Source of the DNA: a virus
Lineage: Duplodnaviria; Heunggongvirae; Uroviricota; Caudoviricetes
Direction: 5' to 3' (one strand)
DNA length: 43,020 bases
Virus record (IMG/VR): IMGVR_UViG_2585427786_000006
Part shown: piece after piece, positions 27,686 through 42,786 of the stretch
Numbering within the stretch: the stretch's first letter is position 1
Layout: every line of letters begins with the position of its first letter
The notes under the pieces: generated by a model
Seen by the model: the letters and a program-made list of their open reading frames with translations, nothing else
What the model was told of the DNA's origin: nothing
Databases searched by the model: none
Translations under genes and position numbers: made by a program

Positions 27686-28075
27686 ATGATGTTTCTGAAA
27701 CAGGGCACGTTTAATTATGAAAAACAGTCCGTGGTGCTCAGTGAGCTGTCCGGGCTGCAGAGAATTGAATATCTGGCGTTTGTTCAGCAGCGAACGGCAA
27801 AGTTTGATGCCGGGGAGGGAGAACTGCCGGAGGCTGAACGACAGATTGCTTTTCTGCGGATGGGGATGGATATCAATGCCTGGCTGGTTTCCCGCTCACT
27901 GTGGAATGCGGATCAGTCTAAGGATGTAGAGACGCTTTGCGCATCCGTTATTACAACATGGTCGTATGATGCCCTGGGTGCGGGGGCGGAGATGGTTCTG
28001 TCGCTGAGCGGTATGGGGGCCATTGATAATGCCGGGGATGATGAGCATGAGGCGCTGACGCCGGAAAAGTCCTGA
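27686..28075 (+). CDS. tail assembly chaperone gpG-like
   Basis: MMFLKQGTFNYEKQSVVLSELSGLQRIEYLAF... as lambda G; GGTGGAG RBS. Confidence 0.8.
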   Translation: MMFLKQGTFNYEKQSVVLSELSGLQRIEYLAFVQQRTAKFDAGEGELPEAERQIAFLRMGMDINAWLVSRSLWNADQSKDVETLCASVITTWSYDALGAGAEMVLSLSGMGAIDNAGDDEHEALTPEKS

Positions 28076-28413
28076 CGCGGGAAATGCAGTTTGTCATGCG
28101 GCTTGCCCGGGAGTTCCGGCGGGCAGACTGGCGGCGGATGCTGTCGGAAATGTCGGCCACTGAGCTTGGTGAGTGGGGCGATTATTTCCGGATGCAGAGC
28201 TTCAGTGATGTGTGGATGGATGCGCAGTTTGCCTCGCTGAAGGCATTGATCGTGAGAATGGTGTCCGGCAGCAGTGATGCTGCGGTGGCTGATTTCAGCC
28301 TTTTACCGGAAGAGAACGGGATACCGGAGCGAACGGACGAAGAACTGATGCATCTTGGAGAAGGTATTTCCGGAGGTGTGCGTTATGGACCAGATAGCCA
28401 ACCTGGTCATTGA
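28051..28413 (+). CDS. gpT-frame segment, expressed as G-T fusion by programmed -1 frameshift
   Basis: -1 frame open from 28051 through 28413, overlapping the G 3' end; candidate slippery site G GAA AAG at 28063-28069. Confidence 0.55.
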   Translation, partial: GADAGKVLTREMQFVMRLAREFRRADWRRMLSEMSATELGEWGDYFRMQSFSDVWMDAQFASLKALIVRMVSGSSDAAVADFSLLPEENGIPERTDEELMHLGEGISGGVRYGPDSQPGH

Positions 28414-31400
28414 TTTGGGGATTGATGCGGCAGAGTTTAAAAATGAAATTCCCCGTATCAAAAACCTTCTGAATGGTGCCGCCAGCGATGCAGAACGGTC
28501 TTCTGCCCGTATGCAGCGTTTTATGGAGCGTCAGACTCAGGCCGCCCGGCAGACAACGCAGGCGGCTTCTTCGGCTGCAACAGCCGCCTCCGTCCATGCG
28601 CAGACGGTGGAGAAGAACGCACAGGCTCATGAACGCATGGCCCGCGAGGTGGAGAAACCCCGCCAGCGCATGGAGGCGCTGAGCCAGAAAATGCGCGATG
28701 AACAGGCGCAGGCCATGGCTCTGGCGGAGGCTCAGGATAAAGCGGCTGCTGCGTTTTATCGTTAGATTGACAGTGTGAAACAGGCCAGTGCGGGGCTGCA
28801 GGAATTACAGCGTATTCAGCAGCAGATCCGACAGGCCAGAAACAGTGGCGGGATTGGTCAGCAGGATTATCTGGCGCTGATTTCTGAGGTTACGGCGAAA
28901 ACCCGTGTTCTTACACAGGCTGAGGAAGAGGCTACCCGACAGAAAGTGGCGTTTATCCGTCAGCTTAAAGAGCAGGCAACCCGCCAGAATCTTTCATCTT
29001 CTGAGTTGCTTCGTGCTAAGGCAGCCCAGCTGGGGGTAAGCAGTGCTGCAGAAGTGTATATCCGCAAAATGGAGCAGGCAGGAAAAGCCACGCATTCGCT
29101 GGGTCTGAAAAGTGCAGCAGCCCGCCAGGAGATAGGCGTTCTGATAGGTGAACTGGCCCGCGGCAATTTAGGGGCGCTGAGGGGATCCGGGATAACGCTG
29201 GCTAACCGTGCCGGATGGATAGACACACTGATGTCACCGAAAGGCATGATGCTTGGCGGGGTTATTGGCGGTATTGCCGCGGCCGTCTATGGTCTGGGTA
29301 AAGCCTGGTATGACGGTCAGAAGGAGGGGGAAGAATTTAACCGCCAGTTGTCGCTGACGGGGCATTATGCCGGAGTTACTGCCGGGCAGCTGTGGACGCT
29401 CAGTCGTGCTATTTCCGGGAATGGTATCACGCAACATGCTGCAGCCGGTGCGCTGGCTCAGGTGGTGGGGAGTGGTGCATTTCGTGGAAACGATATCGGT
29501 ATGGTGGCGAGAGCTGCCGCACAGATGGAGCGATCGGTTGGCCAGTCGGTCAGCGATACCATAAATCAGTTTAAGCGGCTGAAGGATGATCCTGTAAATG
29601 CCGCGAAGGCTCTGGACAATGAGCTGCATTTTCTTACTGCCACTCAGCTTGAGCAGATACGCGTCCTTGGGGAGCAGGGGCGGTCCAGTGATGCTGCACG
29701 GATAGCCATGTCTGCACTGGCAGAGGAAACCGGTCGGCGTACTGCGGATATTGATAATAACCTCAATGCGCTTGGCAGTACGCTGAAGTATCTGTCTGAT
29801 TTGTGGAGTCGTTTCTGGGATGCGGCCATGAATATTGGTCGTGAAGACTCGCTGGATGAACAGATTGCCGCTTTACAGGAGAAAGTGTCGCGGGCGAAAA
29901 GACTCCCCTGGACGGCATCATCTTCTCAGGTTGAATACGATCAGCAGCGTCTTAACGATCTTCAGGAGAAAAAACGCCAGAAGGATTTGCAGGATGCAAA
30001 AGAGCAGGCAGAGCGGAATTATCAGGAGCAACAGAAACGCCGTAATGCTGAAAATGCTGCACTGAACCGGATGAATGAAACGGAAGCAGCACGACATCAG
30101 CGTGAAATTGCGCGTATTAATGCCATGCAGTACGCCGATCAGGCTGTCAGGGATGCGGCGATACAACGTGAAAATGAACGTTACGAGAAAGCCCTGGCAT
30201 CCGGTAAGAAAAAAACACGCGAAACCCGTAATGATGAGGCCACCCGGTTATTGCTGCAGTACAGCCAGCAACAGGCACAGGTGGAAGGACAGATTGCTGC
30301 TGCAAGACAGTCAGCAGGCATTGCCACTGAAAAGATGACAGAAGCGCATAAACAGCTTCTGGCTCTGCAGCAGCGCATCAGCGATCTGGACGGGAAAAAA
30401 CTGACGGCAGATGAAAAGAGTGTGCTGGCCCGTAAAGATGAACTGATTCAGGCACTGACGCTGCTGGATGTAAAACAGCAGGAGCTTCAGAAACAGACGG
30501 CACTCAACGATCTGAAGAAAAAAACAATTCAGCTGACCAGTCAACTGGCTGAAGAAGAGCGCGCTCAGCGTCAGCAACATGACCTGGATATCGCCACGGT
30601 GGGTATGGGTGATCAGCAGCGGCAGCGATATCAGGTACAACTGAGCCTTCGCCAGAAATACCAGCAACAGCTGGAGCAGTTGAGGCGGGATAGTGAGCAG
30701 AAAGGGACATATAACACGGATGACTACAGAAAGGCCGAGCAGGCGCTGACGGAGAGCCTGAACAGGCAACTGAATGAGAATCGCCGTTACTGGCAACAGC
30801 TTGAAATTGCTCAGGGTAACTGGAAAAACGGTGCCATGCGGGCGTTTCAGAATTTCACGGCAGATGCGGATAATGCGGCAGGCACTGCGGAGCAGATGCT
30901 TACAGCGGCATTTAATAGTGCAGGTAATGCACTGGCTACATTCTGTACCACCGGAAAACTGAACTTCAAATCTTTTACCGCCTCGCTCCTTTCTGATCTG
31001 GCAAAAATCATGGCTCAGATGTCCATGATGCAGACAGTTAAGGGGATTGGTTCGGCGTTTGGCTGGGGGAGTGCAGCAACTGCCAGTGTGACGCCCAATG
31101 CTGATGGTGGTGTTTATCAGTCTGCTGATTTGAGTCGCTACAGTGGCACGGTGGTTAACCGTCCGACGTTTTTTGCTTTTGCAAAAGGTGCAGGTGTGAT
31201 GGGGGAAGCTGGGCCTGAAGCCATTCTGCCTCTGCGTCGTGGTGCTGACGGTAAGCTGGGGGTTGTGGCGGATATTGGTGGTTCAGGTATGGCGATGTTT
31301 GCCCCGCAGTACAACATCGAGATCAATAACGATGGCACGAACGGGCAGATAGGTCCGGCTGCCCTGAAGGTGGTTTATGACCTCGGGAAAAAAGCAGCAG

Positions 31401-31459
31401 CGGACTTTATGCAACAGCAGGCCCGTGATGGTGGTCGGTTAAGTGGAGCATATCGGTAA
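28385..31459 (+). CDS. tail tape measure protein gpH-like, interrupted by in-frame TAG at 28763-28765
   Basis: N-terminus MDQIANLVIDLGIDAAEFKNE... and C-terminus ...INNDGTNGQIGPAALKVVYDLGKKAAADFMQQQARDGGRLSGAYR as lambda H; single frame throughout with one amber codon. Confidence 0.8.
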
Positions 31460-31788
31460 TGGAGACGTTTCACTGGAAAGTGCGCCCGGATATGAATGTG
31501 GTATCAGAGCCGAAAGTGGTGACAGTGAAGCTGGGCGATGGTTATGAACAGCGTCGTGCGGCGGGACTGAATAACCAGTTGTCGACTTACAGCGTGACGA
31601 TACGTGTTCGTAAATGTGAACACCCATCTTTAAAAGCCTTTCTGGAACGGCACGGTGGCGTCCGCGCATTTCAGTGGACGCCACCTTATGACTGGAAACC
31701 GATTAGGGTGGTTTGTCGTAAATGGTCGGCAAGCGTGGGGGCGCTGTGGGTAACCATAACGGCAGATTTTGAACAGGTCGTGGCATAG
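31459..31788 (+). CDS. minor tail protein gpM-like
   Basis: METFHWKVRPDMNVV...GDGYEQRRAAGLNNQLSTYSVT... as lambda M. Confidence 0.85.
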   Translation: METFHWKVRPDMNVVSEPKVVTVKLGDGYEQRRAAGLNNQLSTYSVTIRVRKCEHPSLKAFLERHGGVRAFQWTPPYDWKPIRVVCRKWSASVGALWVTITADFEQVVA

Positions 31789-31797
31789 GAGGCTCTG

Positions 31798-32496
31798 ATG
31801 CAGGATATTCCACAGGAAACACATCATGAGACGACACGCCTCACTCAGTCAGCCCAGGTGGTGCTCTGGGAAATCGATCTGACAGAGGTCGGTGGTGAAC
31901 GTTATTTTTTCTGTAATGAGCAGAACGAAAAAGGTGAGCCGGTCACCTGGCAGAGACGACAGTATCAGCCGTATCCCATTCAGGGGACGGGATTTGAACT
32001 GAACGGCAAGGGCAGTGCTGCCCGTCCGACACTGACGGTTTCTAACCTGCACGGTATGGTCACCGGGATGGCGGAAGAGCTGCAGAGTCTGGTCGGCGGA
32101 ACGGTGGTCCGGCGTAAGGTTTACGCCCGTTTTCTGGATGCGGTGAACTTCGTCAACGGAAACAGTGACGCCGACCCGGAGCAGGAGGTGATCAGCCGCT
32201 GGCGCATCGAGCAGTGCAGCGAACTGAGCGCGGTCAGTGCCTCTTTTGTACTGGCCACGCCGACGGAAACGGACGGCGCTGTTTTTCCGGGACGTATCAT
32301 GCTGGCCAACACCTGCACCTGGACCTATCGCGGCGATGAGTGCGGTTATCACGGTCCGGCGGTCGCGGATGAATATGACCAGCCAACGTCCGATATCACG
32401 AAGGATAAATGCAGCAAATGCCTGAGCGGTTGTAAGTTCCGCAATAACGTCGGCAACTTTGGCGGCTTCCTTTCCATTAACAAACTTTCGCAGTAA
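31798..32496 (+). CDS. minor tail protein gpL-like
   Basis: Lambda L-like sequence with C-terminal Cys cluster. Confidence 0.85.
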   Translation: MQDIPQETHHETTRLTQSAQVVLWEIDLTEVGGERYFFCNEQNEKGEPVTWQRRQYQPYPIQGTGFELNGKGSAARPTLTVSNLHGMVTGMAEELQSLVGGTVVRRKVYARFLDAVNFVNGNSDADPEQEVISRWRIEQCSELSAVSASFVLATPTETDGAVFPGRIMLANTCTWTYRGDECGYHGPAVADEYDQPTSDITKDKCSKCLSGCKFRNNVGNFGGFLSINKLSQ

Positions 32497-32501
32497 ATCC
32501 C

Positions 32502-33245
32502 ATGACAGAGACAGAATCAGCGATTCTGGCGCACGCCCGGCGATGTGCGCCAGCGGAGTCGTGCGGCTTCGTGGTGAGAACGCCGGAGGGAGAAAGATAT
32601 TTTCCCTGCGTGAATATCTCCGGTGAGCCGGAGGAGTATTTCCGGATGTCGCCGGAGGACTGGCTGCGGGCAGAAATGCAGGGTGAGATTGTGGCGCTGG
32701 TCCACAGCCACCCCGGTGGTCTGCCCTGGCTGAGTGAGGCCGACCGGCGGCTGCAGGTACAGAGTGATTTGCCGTGGTGGCTGGTCTGCCGGGGTGAGAT
32801 TCATAAATTCCGCTGTGTGCCGCATCTCACCGGGCGGCGCTTTGAGCACGGGGTGACGGACTGTTACACGCTGTTCCGGGATGCTTACCATCTGGCGGGG
32901 ATTGAGATGCCGGATTTTCATCGCGGGGATGACTGGTGGCGTAACGGTCAGAATCTCTATCTGGATAATCTGGAGGCTACAGGGCTGTATCAGGTGCCGT
33001 TGTCAGCGGCGCAGCCGGGCGATGTGCTGCTGTGCTGTTTTGGTTCATCGGTGCCGAATCATGCCGCTATTTACTGCGGCGACGGCGAGCTGCTGCACCA
33101 TATTCCTGAACAACTGAGCAAACGAGAGAGGTATACCGACAAATGGCAGCGACGCACACACTCCCTCTGGCGTCACCGGGCATGGCACGCATCTGCCTTT
33201 ACGGGGATTTGCAACGATTTGGCCGCCGCATCGACCTTCGTGTGA
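32502..33245 (+). CDS. tail assembly protein gpK-like (MPN/JAB plus NlpC/P60)
   Basis: HSHPGG (JAB) motif and C-terminal Cys/His peptidase-like motif. Confidence 0.85.
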   Translation: MTETESAILAHARRCAPAESCGFVVRTPEGERYFPCVNISGEPEEYFRMSPEDWLRAEMQGEIVALVHSHPGGLPWLSEADRRLQVQSDLPWWLVCRGEIHKFRCVPHLTGRRFEHGVTDCYTLFRDAYHLAGIEMPDFHRGDDWWRNGQNLYLDNLEATGLYQVPLSAAQPGDVLLCCFGSSVPNHAAIYCGDGELLHHIPEQLSKRERYTDKWQRRTHSLWRHRAWHASAFTGICNDLAAASTFV

Positions 33246-33790
33246 AAACGGGGGCCGAAGCCATCCGGGCGCTGGCCACTCAGCTCCCGGCGTTTCGTCA
33301 GAAACTGAATAAGGGCTGGTATCAGGTGCGCATTGCCGGGCGTGATGCAGGCGAAAATGAATTATCTGCCCGTCTTAATGAGCCGCTGGCAAATGGTGCC
33401 GTGATCCACATCGTGCCGCGTCTGGCGGGAGCTAAAAGTGGCGGTGTGTTTCAGGTGGTGCTTGGGGCGGCGCTGATTGCGGTGGCATGGTGGAACCCTG
33501 TGGGCTGGCTGGGTGCCGCGGCTGTATCGGGCATGTATGCGGCAGGGGCCAGTATGATCCTGGGCGGAGTGGCGCAGATGCTGGCACCGAAAGCCAGGAC
33601 GCCCACGGCAGCCAGTACAGATAACGGCAAACAGAACACCTATTTCTCCTCACTGGATAACATGGTTGCCCAGGGCAATGTTTTGCCTGTTCTGTACGGT
33701 GAAATGCGCGTGGGGTCGCGGGTGGTTTCTCAGGAGATCAGCACGGCAGACGAAGGGGATGGTGGTCAGGTTGTGGTGATTGGTCGCTGA
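33143..33790 (+). CDS. tail assembly protein gpI-like
   Basis: MAATHTLPLASPGMARICLYGDLQRFGRRIDLRVKTG... as lambda I; overlaps K 3' end. Confidence 0.8.
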   Translation: MAATHTLPLASPGMARICLYGDLQRFGRRIDLRVKTGAEAIRALATQLPAFRQKLNKGWYQVRIAGRDAGENELSARLNEPLANGAVIHIVPRLAGAKSGGVFQVVLGAALIAVAWWNPVGWLGAAAVSGMYAAGASMILGGVAQMLAPKARTPTAASTDNGKQNTYFSSLDNMVAQGNVLPVLYGEMRVGSRVVSQEISTADEGDGGQVVVIGR

Positions 33791-33847
33791 TGCAAAATGT
33801 TTTATGTGAAACCGCCTCCGGGCGGTTTTGTCGTTTATGGAGCGTGA

Positions 33848-37249
<3,402 letters not shown>

Positions 37250-37266
37250 ATTTTATAACCCAGAAC

Positions 37267-37291
37267 GGGCGTCAGAAATGACGCCTTTTTT
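37267..37291 (+). terminator. intrinsic terminator after J
   Basis: GGGCGTCA-GAAA-TGACGCC hairpin plus T6. Confidence 0.6.
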
Positions 37292-37315
37292 ATTGCAGAA
37301 AAGCGAGAGGTAATT

Positions 37316-37915
37316 ATGCGTAAACTTTATGCCGCCATTTTGTCCGCAGCCATTTGTCTGGCCGTATCCGGTGCGCCTGCATGGGCGTCTGAACATCAGT
37401 CCACGCTGAGCGCGGGGTATCTTCATGCCCGGACGAACGTTCCCGGCAGTGATGATCTGAACGGGATTAACGTGAAATACCGTTATGAGTTTACGGACAC
37501 ACTGGGGATGGTGACGTCGTTCAGCTATGCAGGAGACAAGAATCGCCAGATTACCCGTTACAGCGATACCCGCTGGCATGAAGATTCCGTTCGTAACCGC
37601 TGGTTCAGCGTAATGGCGGGGCCGTCTGTGCGCGTGAATGAATGGTTCAGCGCGTATGCGATGGCGGGTGTGGCTTACAGCCGTGTGTCGACTTTCTCCG
37701 GGGATTATCTCCACGTAACTGACAACAAGGGGAAAAAGCACGATGTGCTGACCGGAAGTGATGACGGTCGCCACAGCAACACGTCTCTGGCGTGGGGAGC
37801 TGGCGTGCAGTTTAACCCGACCGAATCCGTGGCCATTGATGTCGCTTATGAAGGCTCCGGCAGTGGTGACTGGCGCACTGACGGGTTCATCGTGGGTGTT
37901 GGTTATAAATTCTGA
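37316..37915 (+). CDS. lom: Ail/Lom-family outer membrane protein
   Basis: Signal peptide plus beta-barrel pattern ending ...[10 protein letters not shown]; position between J and stf as lambda lom. Confidence 0.85.
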   Translation: MRKLYAAILSAAICLAVSGAPAWASEHQSTLSAGYLHARTNVPGSDDLNGINVKYRYEFTDTLGMVTSFSYAGDKNRQITRYSDTRWHEDSVRNRWFSVMAGPSVRVNEWFSAYAMAGVAYSRVSTFSGDYLHVTDNKGKKHDVLTGSDDGRHSNTSLAWGAGVQFNPTESVAIDVAYEGSGSGDWRTDGFIVGVGYKF

Positions 37916-37941
37916 TTAGCCAGGTAACACAGTGTTATGAC

Positions 37942-37968
37942 AGCCCGCCGGTTCAGGCGGGCTTTTTT
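37942..37968 (+). terminator. intrinsic terminator after lom
   Basis: AGCCCGCC-GGTTCAG-GCGGGCT hairpin plus T6. Confidence 0.6.
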
Positions 37969-37979
37969 GTGGGGTGAAT

Positions 37980-40900
37980 ATGGCAGTAAAAATTTCAGGT
38001 GTACTGAAAGACGGCACAGGAAAACCGGTACAGAACTGCACAATCCAGCTGAAAGCAAAACGTAACAGTACCACGGTGGTGGTGAACACGCTGGCATCTG
38101 AAAATCCGGATGAAGCCGGGCGTTACAGTATGGACGTTGAGTACGGTCAGTACAGCGTCAGTCTGTTGGTGGAAGGATTCCCGCCGTCACATGCCGGGAC
38201 CATCACAGTGTATGAAGATTCCCGACCCGGTACGCTGAATGATTTTCTCGGTGCCATGACGGAGGATGATGCCCGTCCGGAGGCACTGCGCCGTTTTGAG
38301 CTGATGGTGGAAGAGGTGGCGCGTAACGCGTCCGTGGTGGCACAGAACACGGCAGCCGCGAAGAAGTCAGCCAGTGATGCCAGCACATCAGCCCGTGAGG
38401 CGGCAACCCATGCGACTGATGCTGCAGGCTCAGCACGCGCAGCCAGCACGTCAGCCGGACAGGCCGCGTCGTCGGCTCAGTCAGCGACTTCCAGCGCAGG
38501 AACGGCATCAACAAAGGCTACTGAAGCATCAAAAAGTGCTGCCGCTGCAGAGTCCTCAAAAAGCGCGGCAGCTACCAGTGCCAGTGCCGCGAAAACGTCA
38601 GAAACGAATGCTGCAGCGTCACAACAATCAGCAGCCACTTCTGCATCCACCGCAACTACGAAAGCGTCAGAAGCTGCCACCTCAGCCCGGGATGCGGCGG
38701 CTTCAAAAGAGGCGGCAAAATCATCAGAAACGAACGCATCCTCGAGCGCCAGTAGCGCAGCTTCCTCGGCAACAGCGGCAGGAAATTCCGCGAAGGCGGC
38801 AAAAACGTCAGAGACGAACGCCAGGTCTTCTGAAACGGCAGCGGGACAGAGCGCCTCGGCTGCGGCAGGCTCAAAAACAGCGGCTGCGTCGTCTGCCAGT
38901 GCAGCGTCAACAAGTGCCGGGCAGGCCTCAGCCAGTGCCACCGCCGCCGGAAAATCGGCAGAAAGCGCCGCATCGTCTGCTTCAACAGCCACAACGAAGG
39001 CTGGCGAAGCCACTGAACAGGCCAGCGCAGCAGCGAGGTCTGCTTCCGCAGCGAAGACATCCGAAACGAACGCGAAAGCGTCGGAAACCAGCGCAGAATC
39101 CTCAAAAACGGCTGCCGCATCGTCAGCCAGTTCGGCGTCGTCATCGGCATCATCTGCGTCTGCTTCAAAAGATGAGGCGACCAGACAGGCGTCAGCAGCG
39201 AAGAGCAGCGCCACGACGGCATCCACGAAGGCAACAGAGGCGGCAGGCAGTGCGACGGCAGCATCTCAGAGCAAAACTGCTGCTGAATCCGCTGCGACCC
39301 GTGCGGAAGCTGCTGCTGATCGTGCTGAAGAGATTGCCGGTGCAGTTGCGATGGAAGACGCAAGCCTTACAACTAAAGGTGTTGTGAAACTTAGCAGTGC
39401 TGTTGATAGCACCAGTGAATCGCTGGCCGCAACGCCAAAAGCAGTTAAAGCAGCCAATGACAATGCGAATAGCAGGGTGCCATCTAACCGAAAAGTTAAC
39501 GGAAAAGCACTGACTGCGGATATAACATTAACGCCGAAAGATATTGGTACTTTAAATTCAGTAACGATGTCTTTCTCTGGCGGGGCTGGGTGGTTCAAAC
39601 TGGCTACGGTTACCATGCCACAAGCGAGTTCCATCGTTTACATCGCATTGATTGGTGGCGCTGGTTACAACGTCGGTTCCCCACATCAGGCAGGCATTTC
39701 AGAACTGGTTCTACGAGCAGGCAATGGAAACCCCAAAGGAATTACCGGGGCTTTGTGGAAGCGTACAGCCGTCGGATTAACGAATTTCGCCTGGATCAAC
39801 ACATCCGGCGATACATATGATATTTACGTTGAGATTGGCAATTATGCGACTCGTGTAAATATCCATTGGGATTGTACTGCAAATGCGACAGTTTCTATTT
39901 ATACATCGCCAACATATTCAGCGAGTAAGCCTTCCAGCGTTACCGATGGTGTTGTTTATACGATGTATAGCACACATCAGAAACCGACGCCGTTAGATAT
40001 TGGAGCACTGCCAACAACCGGAGGAACAGTTTCAGGTCCGTTGTCTGTTACAGGTGGATTAACTGGTTCATTGAATGGTAATGCAAGTACAGCCACGAAA
40101 TTGCAGACGGCAAGATCTATCGGTGGAGTTGTTTTCGACGGTTCTGCAAATATTAACCTTCCAGGTGTAAACACTACGGGTAATCAGAACACCACTGGTA
40201 ATGCTGCAACTGCTACAAAACTTCAGACTGCAAGAAAAATATCCGGTGTTCCATTTGATGGTTCTACTGATATCACTTTAACCGCCGCGCATGTGGCTGC
40301 TTTTGCCAGAAGAGCAACGGATGCGTATGCCGATGCGGATGGGGGCGTTCCATGGAATGCCGAATCAGGCGCTTACAATGTCACCCGCTCTGGCGACAGC
40401 TATATTCTGGTTAACTTCTATACCGGAGTCGGAAGTTGCCGGACCTTGCAGATGAAGGCGCATTACAGAAATGGTGGTCTGTTCTACCGTTCTTCAAGAG
40501 ACGGTTATGGTTTTGAAAGTGGTTGGGCGCAGCTTTACACCTCGGCTCATCCTCCTGCAGAGTTTTATCCAGTCGGTGCACCAATCCCGTGGCCATCAGA
40601 TACCGTTCCGTCTGGTTATGCCCTGATGCAGGGGCAGACTTTTGACAAATCTGCCTACCCAAAACTTGCAGCCGCTTATCCGTCAGGCGTGATCCCTGAT
40701 ATGCGTGGCTGGACGATTAAGGGCAAACCTGCCAGTGGTCGAGCCGTATTATCTCAGGAACAGGACGGCATTAAATCGCACACCCACAGCGCCAGCGCAT
40801 CCAGTACGGATTTGGGGACGAAAAACACATCGTCGTTTGATTACGGCACTAAATCCACGAATAACACCGGGGCGCATACCCATAGTGTTAGCGGTACGGC

Positions 40901-41207
40901 TGCTTCAGCCGGTGCACATACCCATTCGATGACATTTGTTTCAGGTGGTTCCAGTGGTGCTCCGGGAAGTGGAGCATCTGATTATTCTAAATACAGTGTT
41001 AACACTTCTTCTGCAGGCGCTCATACGCACTCTGTATCGGGTACTGCTGCAAGCGCAGGTGCACACGCACATACTGTGGGTATTGGTGCTCATACGCACT
41101 CGGTTGCGATTGGCTCACATGGACACACCATCACCGTTAACGCTGCTGGTAACGCGGAAAACACCGTCAAAAACATCGCATTTAACTATATTGTGAGGCT
41201 TGCATAA
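37980..41207 (+). CDS. side tail fiber protein (Stf)
   Basis: [37 protein letters not shown]... N-terminus, long Ala/Ser-rich repeat shaft, His-rich GAHTHS C-terminal repeats. Confidence 0.9.
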   Translation: MAVKISGVLKDGTGKPVQNCTIQLKAKRNSTTVVVNTLASENPDEAGRYSMDVEYGQYSVSLLVEGFPPSHAGTITVYEDSRPGTLNDFLGAMTEDDARPEALRRFELMVEEVARNASVVAQNTAAAKKSASDASTSAREAATHATDAAGSARAASTSAGQAASSAQSATSSAGTASTKATEASKSAAAAESSKSAAATSASAAKTSETNAAASQQSAATSASTATTKASEAATSARDAAASKEAAKSSETNASSSASSAASSATAAGNSAKAAKTSETNARSSETAAGQSASAAAGSKTAAASSASAASTSAGQASASATAAGKSAESAASSASTATTKAGEATEQASAAARSASAAKTSETNAKASETSAESSKTAAASSASSASSSASSASASKDEATRQASAAKSSATTASTKATEAAGSATAASQSKTAAESAATRAEAAADRAEEIAGAVAMEDASLTTKGVVKLSSAVDSTSESLAATPKAVKAANDNANSRVPSNRKVNGKALTADITLTPKDIGTLNSVTMSFSGGAGWFKLATVTMPQASSIVYIALIGGAGYNVGSPHQAGISELVLRAGNGNPKGITGALWKRTAVGLTNFAWINTSGDTYDIYVEIGNYATRVNIHWDCTANATVSIYTSPTYSASKPSSVTDGVVYTMYSTHQKPTPLDIGALPTTGGTVSGPLSVTGGLTGSLNGNASTATKLQTARSIGGVVFDGSANINLPGVNTTGNQNTTGNAATATKLQTARKISGVPFDGSTDITLTAAHVAAFARRATDAYADADGGVPWNAESGAYNVTRSGDSYILVNFYTGVGSCRTLQMKAHYRNGGLFYRSSRDGYGFESGWAQLYTSAHPPAEFYPVGAPIPWPSDTVPSGYALMQGQTFDKSAYPKLAAAYPSGVIPDMRGWTIKGKPASGRAVLSQEQDGIKSHTHSASASSTDLGTKNTSSFDYGTKSTNNTGAHTHSVSGTAASAGAHTHSMTFVSGGSSGAPGSGASDYSKYSVNTSSAGAHTHSVSGTAASAGAHAHTVGIGAHTHSVAIGSHGHTITVNAAGNAENTVKNIAFNYIVRLA
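38340..39340 (+). repeat. degenerate in-frame repeats encoding the Ala/Ser-rich Stf shaft (SAxxAAxSxxxA units)
   Basis: About 330 codons of low-complexity A/S/T/K/E periodic sequence; causes spurious ORFs on other frames and strands. Confidence 0.6.
40869..41130 (+). repeat. His-rich GAHTHS-type peptide repeats at the Stf C-terminus
   Basis: Repeated (S/T)GAHTHS(V) units. Confidence 0.6.
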
Positions 41208-41782
41208 TGGTATTCAGAATGAGTGAACAACCACGGACCATAACAATTTATAATCTGCTGGCCGGAACTAATGAATTTATTGGTGAAGGTGATGCATATA
41301 TTCCGCCTCATACAGGTCTGCCAGCAAACAGTACCGATATTGCACCGCCAGATATTCCGGCAGGCTTCGTGGCTGTTTTCAACAGTGATGAGGCATCGTG
41401 GCATCTCGTTGAAGATCATCGGGGTAAAACGGTTTATGACGTGGCTTCCGGCGACGCGTTATTTATTTCTGAACTCGGTCCGTTACCGGAAAATGTTACC
41501 TGGTTATCGCCGGAAGGGGAGTTTCAGAAGTGGAACGGCACAGCCTGGGTGAAGGATACGGAAGCAGAAAAACTGTTCCGGATCCGGGAGGCGGAAGAAA
41601 CAAAAAACAACCTGATGCAGGTAGCCAGTGAGCATATTGCGCCGCTTCAGGATGCTGCAGATCTGGAAATTGCAACGGAGGAAGAAATCTCGTTGCTGGA
41701 AGCATGGAAAAAGTATCGGGTATTGCTGAACCGTGTTGATACGTCAACTTCACAGGATATTGAATGGCCAGCACTGCCGTAG
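41207..41782 (+). CDS. tail fiber assembly protein (Tfa)
   Basis: M(V/A)[42 protein letters not shown]...; TAATG overlap with stf stop. Confidence 0.85.
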   Translation: MVFRMSEQPRTITIYNLLAGTNEFIGEGDAYIPPHTGLPANSTDIAPPDIPAGFVAVFNSDEASWHLVEDHRGKTVYDVASGDALFISELGPLPENVTWLSPEGEFQKWNGTAWVKDTEAEKLFRIREAEETKNNLMQVASEHIAPLQDAADLEIATEEEISLLEAWKKYRVLLNRVDTSTSQDIEWPALP

Positions 41783-41879
41783 GGTAAAACATATAAATTC
41801 TATAATTAGATGTATCTTTCCATTTACGGCAAGGAAGGGGGCTTGGAAGACGTAAAGCATCTCACACCGAGATTATTTT

Positions 41880-42470
41880 TTATATGTCAGGTGTCTGAAG
41901 TTTTGCTTTGGCTCTTAAAATGGTTTGCCGCGAGGTTTTGAATTCCCGGGCAATGGCACTTATACTTACACCTGACTTAATTCGTTCGAATACCACCTGT
42001 TTCTGTTCTTCATTTAACACAGGTGGTCGACCAAAACGTTTCCCTGCGCCGCGGGCTCTTACTATCCCGGAATGAGTGCGTTCAAGTAAAAGGTCTCGTT
42101 CAAATTCAGCGACTGCTGAAATTACTTGCATCATCATTTTTCCTGTTGGACTGGTCAGGTCAATGCCCCCCAATGCTAAGCAATGCACTCTGATACCTGT
42201 TTCGGTCAGTTGTTCCACTGTTTTCCTGATATCCATTGCATTACAACCAAGGCGATCCAGTTTTGTCACAATCAATTGATCACCACATTTCAGGCGAGCA
42301 AGCAACCGGTTAAAACCAGGACGCTCACTGGTTGCTGCTGAGCCACTAATGTGTTCTTCGATTATTTGCTGAGGTTTGATTTTAAAACCTGCACTTTCGA
42401 TTTCCCGGCGTTGATTTTCGGTGGTCTGATCCAGCGTTGATATCCGACAGTAAGCAAAAATTTGAGACAT
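41880..42470 (-). CDS. pin: serine recombinase, Pin/Gin/Hin-family DNA invertase (196 aa)
   Basis: [20 protein letters not shown]... with catalytic Ser in YCRIS context and C-terminal HTH; adjacent to stf-tfa. Confidence 0.85.
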   Translation of the reverse strand: MSQIFAYCRISTLDQTTENQRREIESAGFKIKPQQIIEEHISGSAATSERPGFNRLLARLKCGDQLIVTKLDRLGCNAMDIRKTVEQLTETGIRVHCLALGGIDLTSPTGKMMMQVISAVAEFERDLLLERTHSGIVRARGAGKRFGRPPVLNEEQKQVVFERIKSGVSISAIAREFKTSRQTILRAKAKLQTPDI

Positions 42471-42786
42471 AGTGAGACTCTATACGAAATTGGTGTTCAT
42501 ATCATAATGCATCTCAGAAAATAATTATGATTATTTTTGTGCATATTTGTATGTACACGTTCGAAAATAAACGAATGCGTATGCAACCCCGTAATTTTGG
42601 TGAGACCCAAAATCGATTTTGTGAAAAATGGCTTTAACTCGGTTTGTTTTTCGAGTTCCGGGCGGACTCAAGGAAGAAGAATAGTGTTGCGTGTTATTTT
42701 AACCAGATTTCAAGTTGTTTGGTCGTGGAAAAGTGGAGCAAAATGTTGTTAAAGTGGAAAAATGATAAAAAAGTAAGTTTATTATA

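Noticed and set aside
28960-30796. Several minus-strand and alternative-frame ORFs within the tape-measure gene
   Set aside because: Nested in a strongly supported long CDS; translations are low-complexity
38374-39387. Long Q/R/P-rich and A/D-rich ORFs on alternative frames and the opposite strand within the stf repeat region
   Set aside because: Produced by the periodic Ala/Ser-coding repeats of stf; extreme low complexity
42595-42612. Palindrome TTTTGG-N6-CCAAAA between pin and ydfK, considered as an invertase crossover site
   Set aside because: Arm orientation is opposite to hix/gix-type AAAACC...GGTTTT sites and no second copy was found
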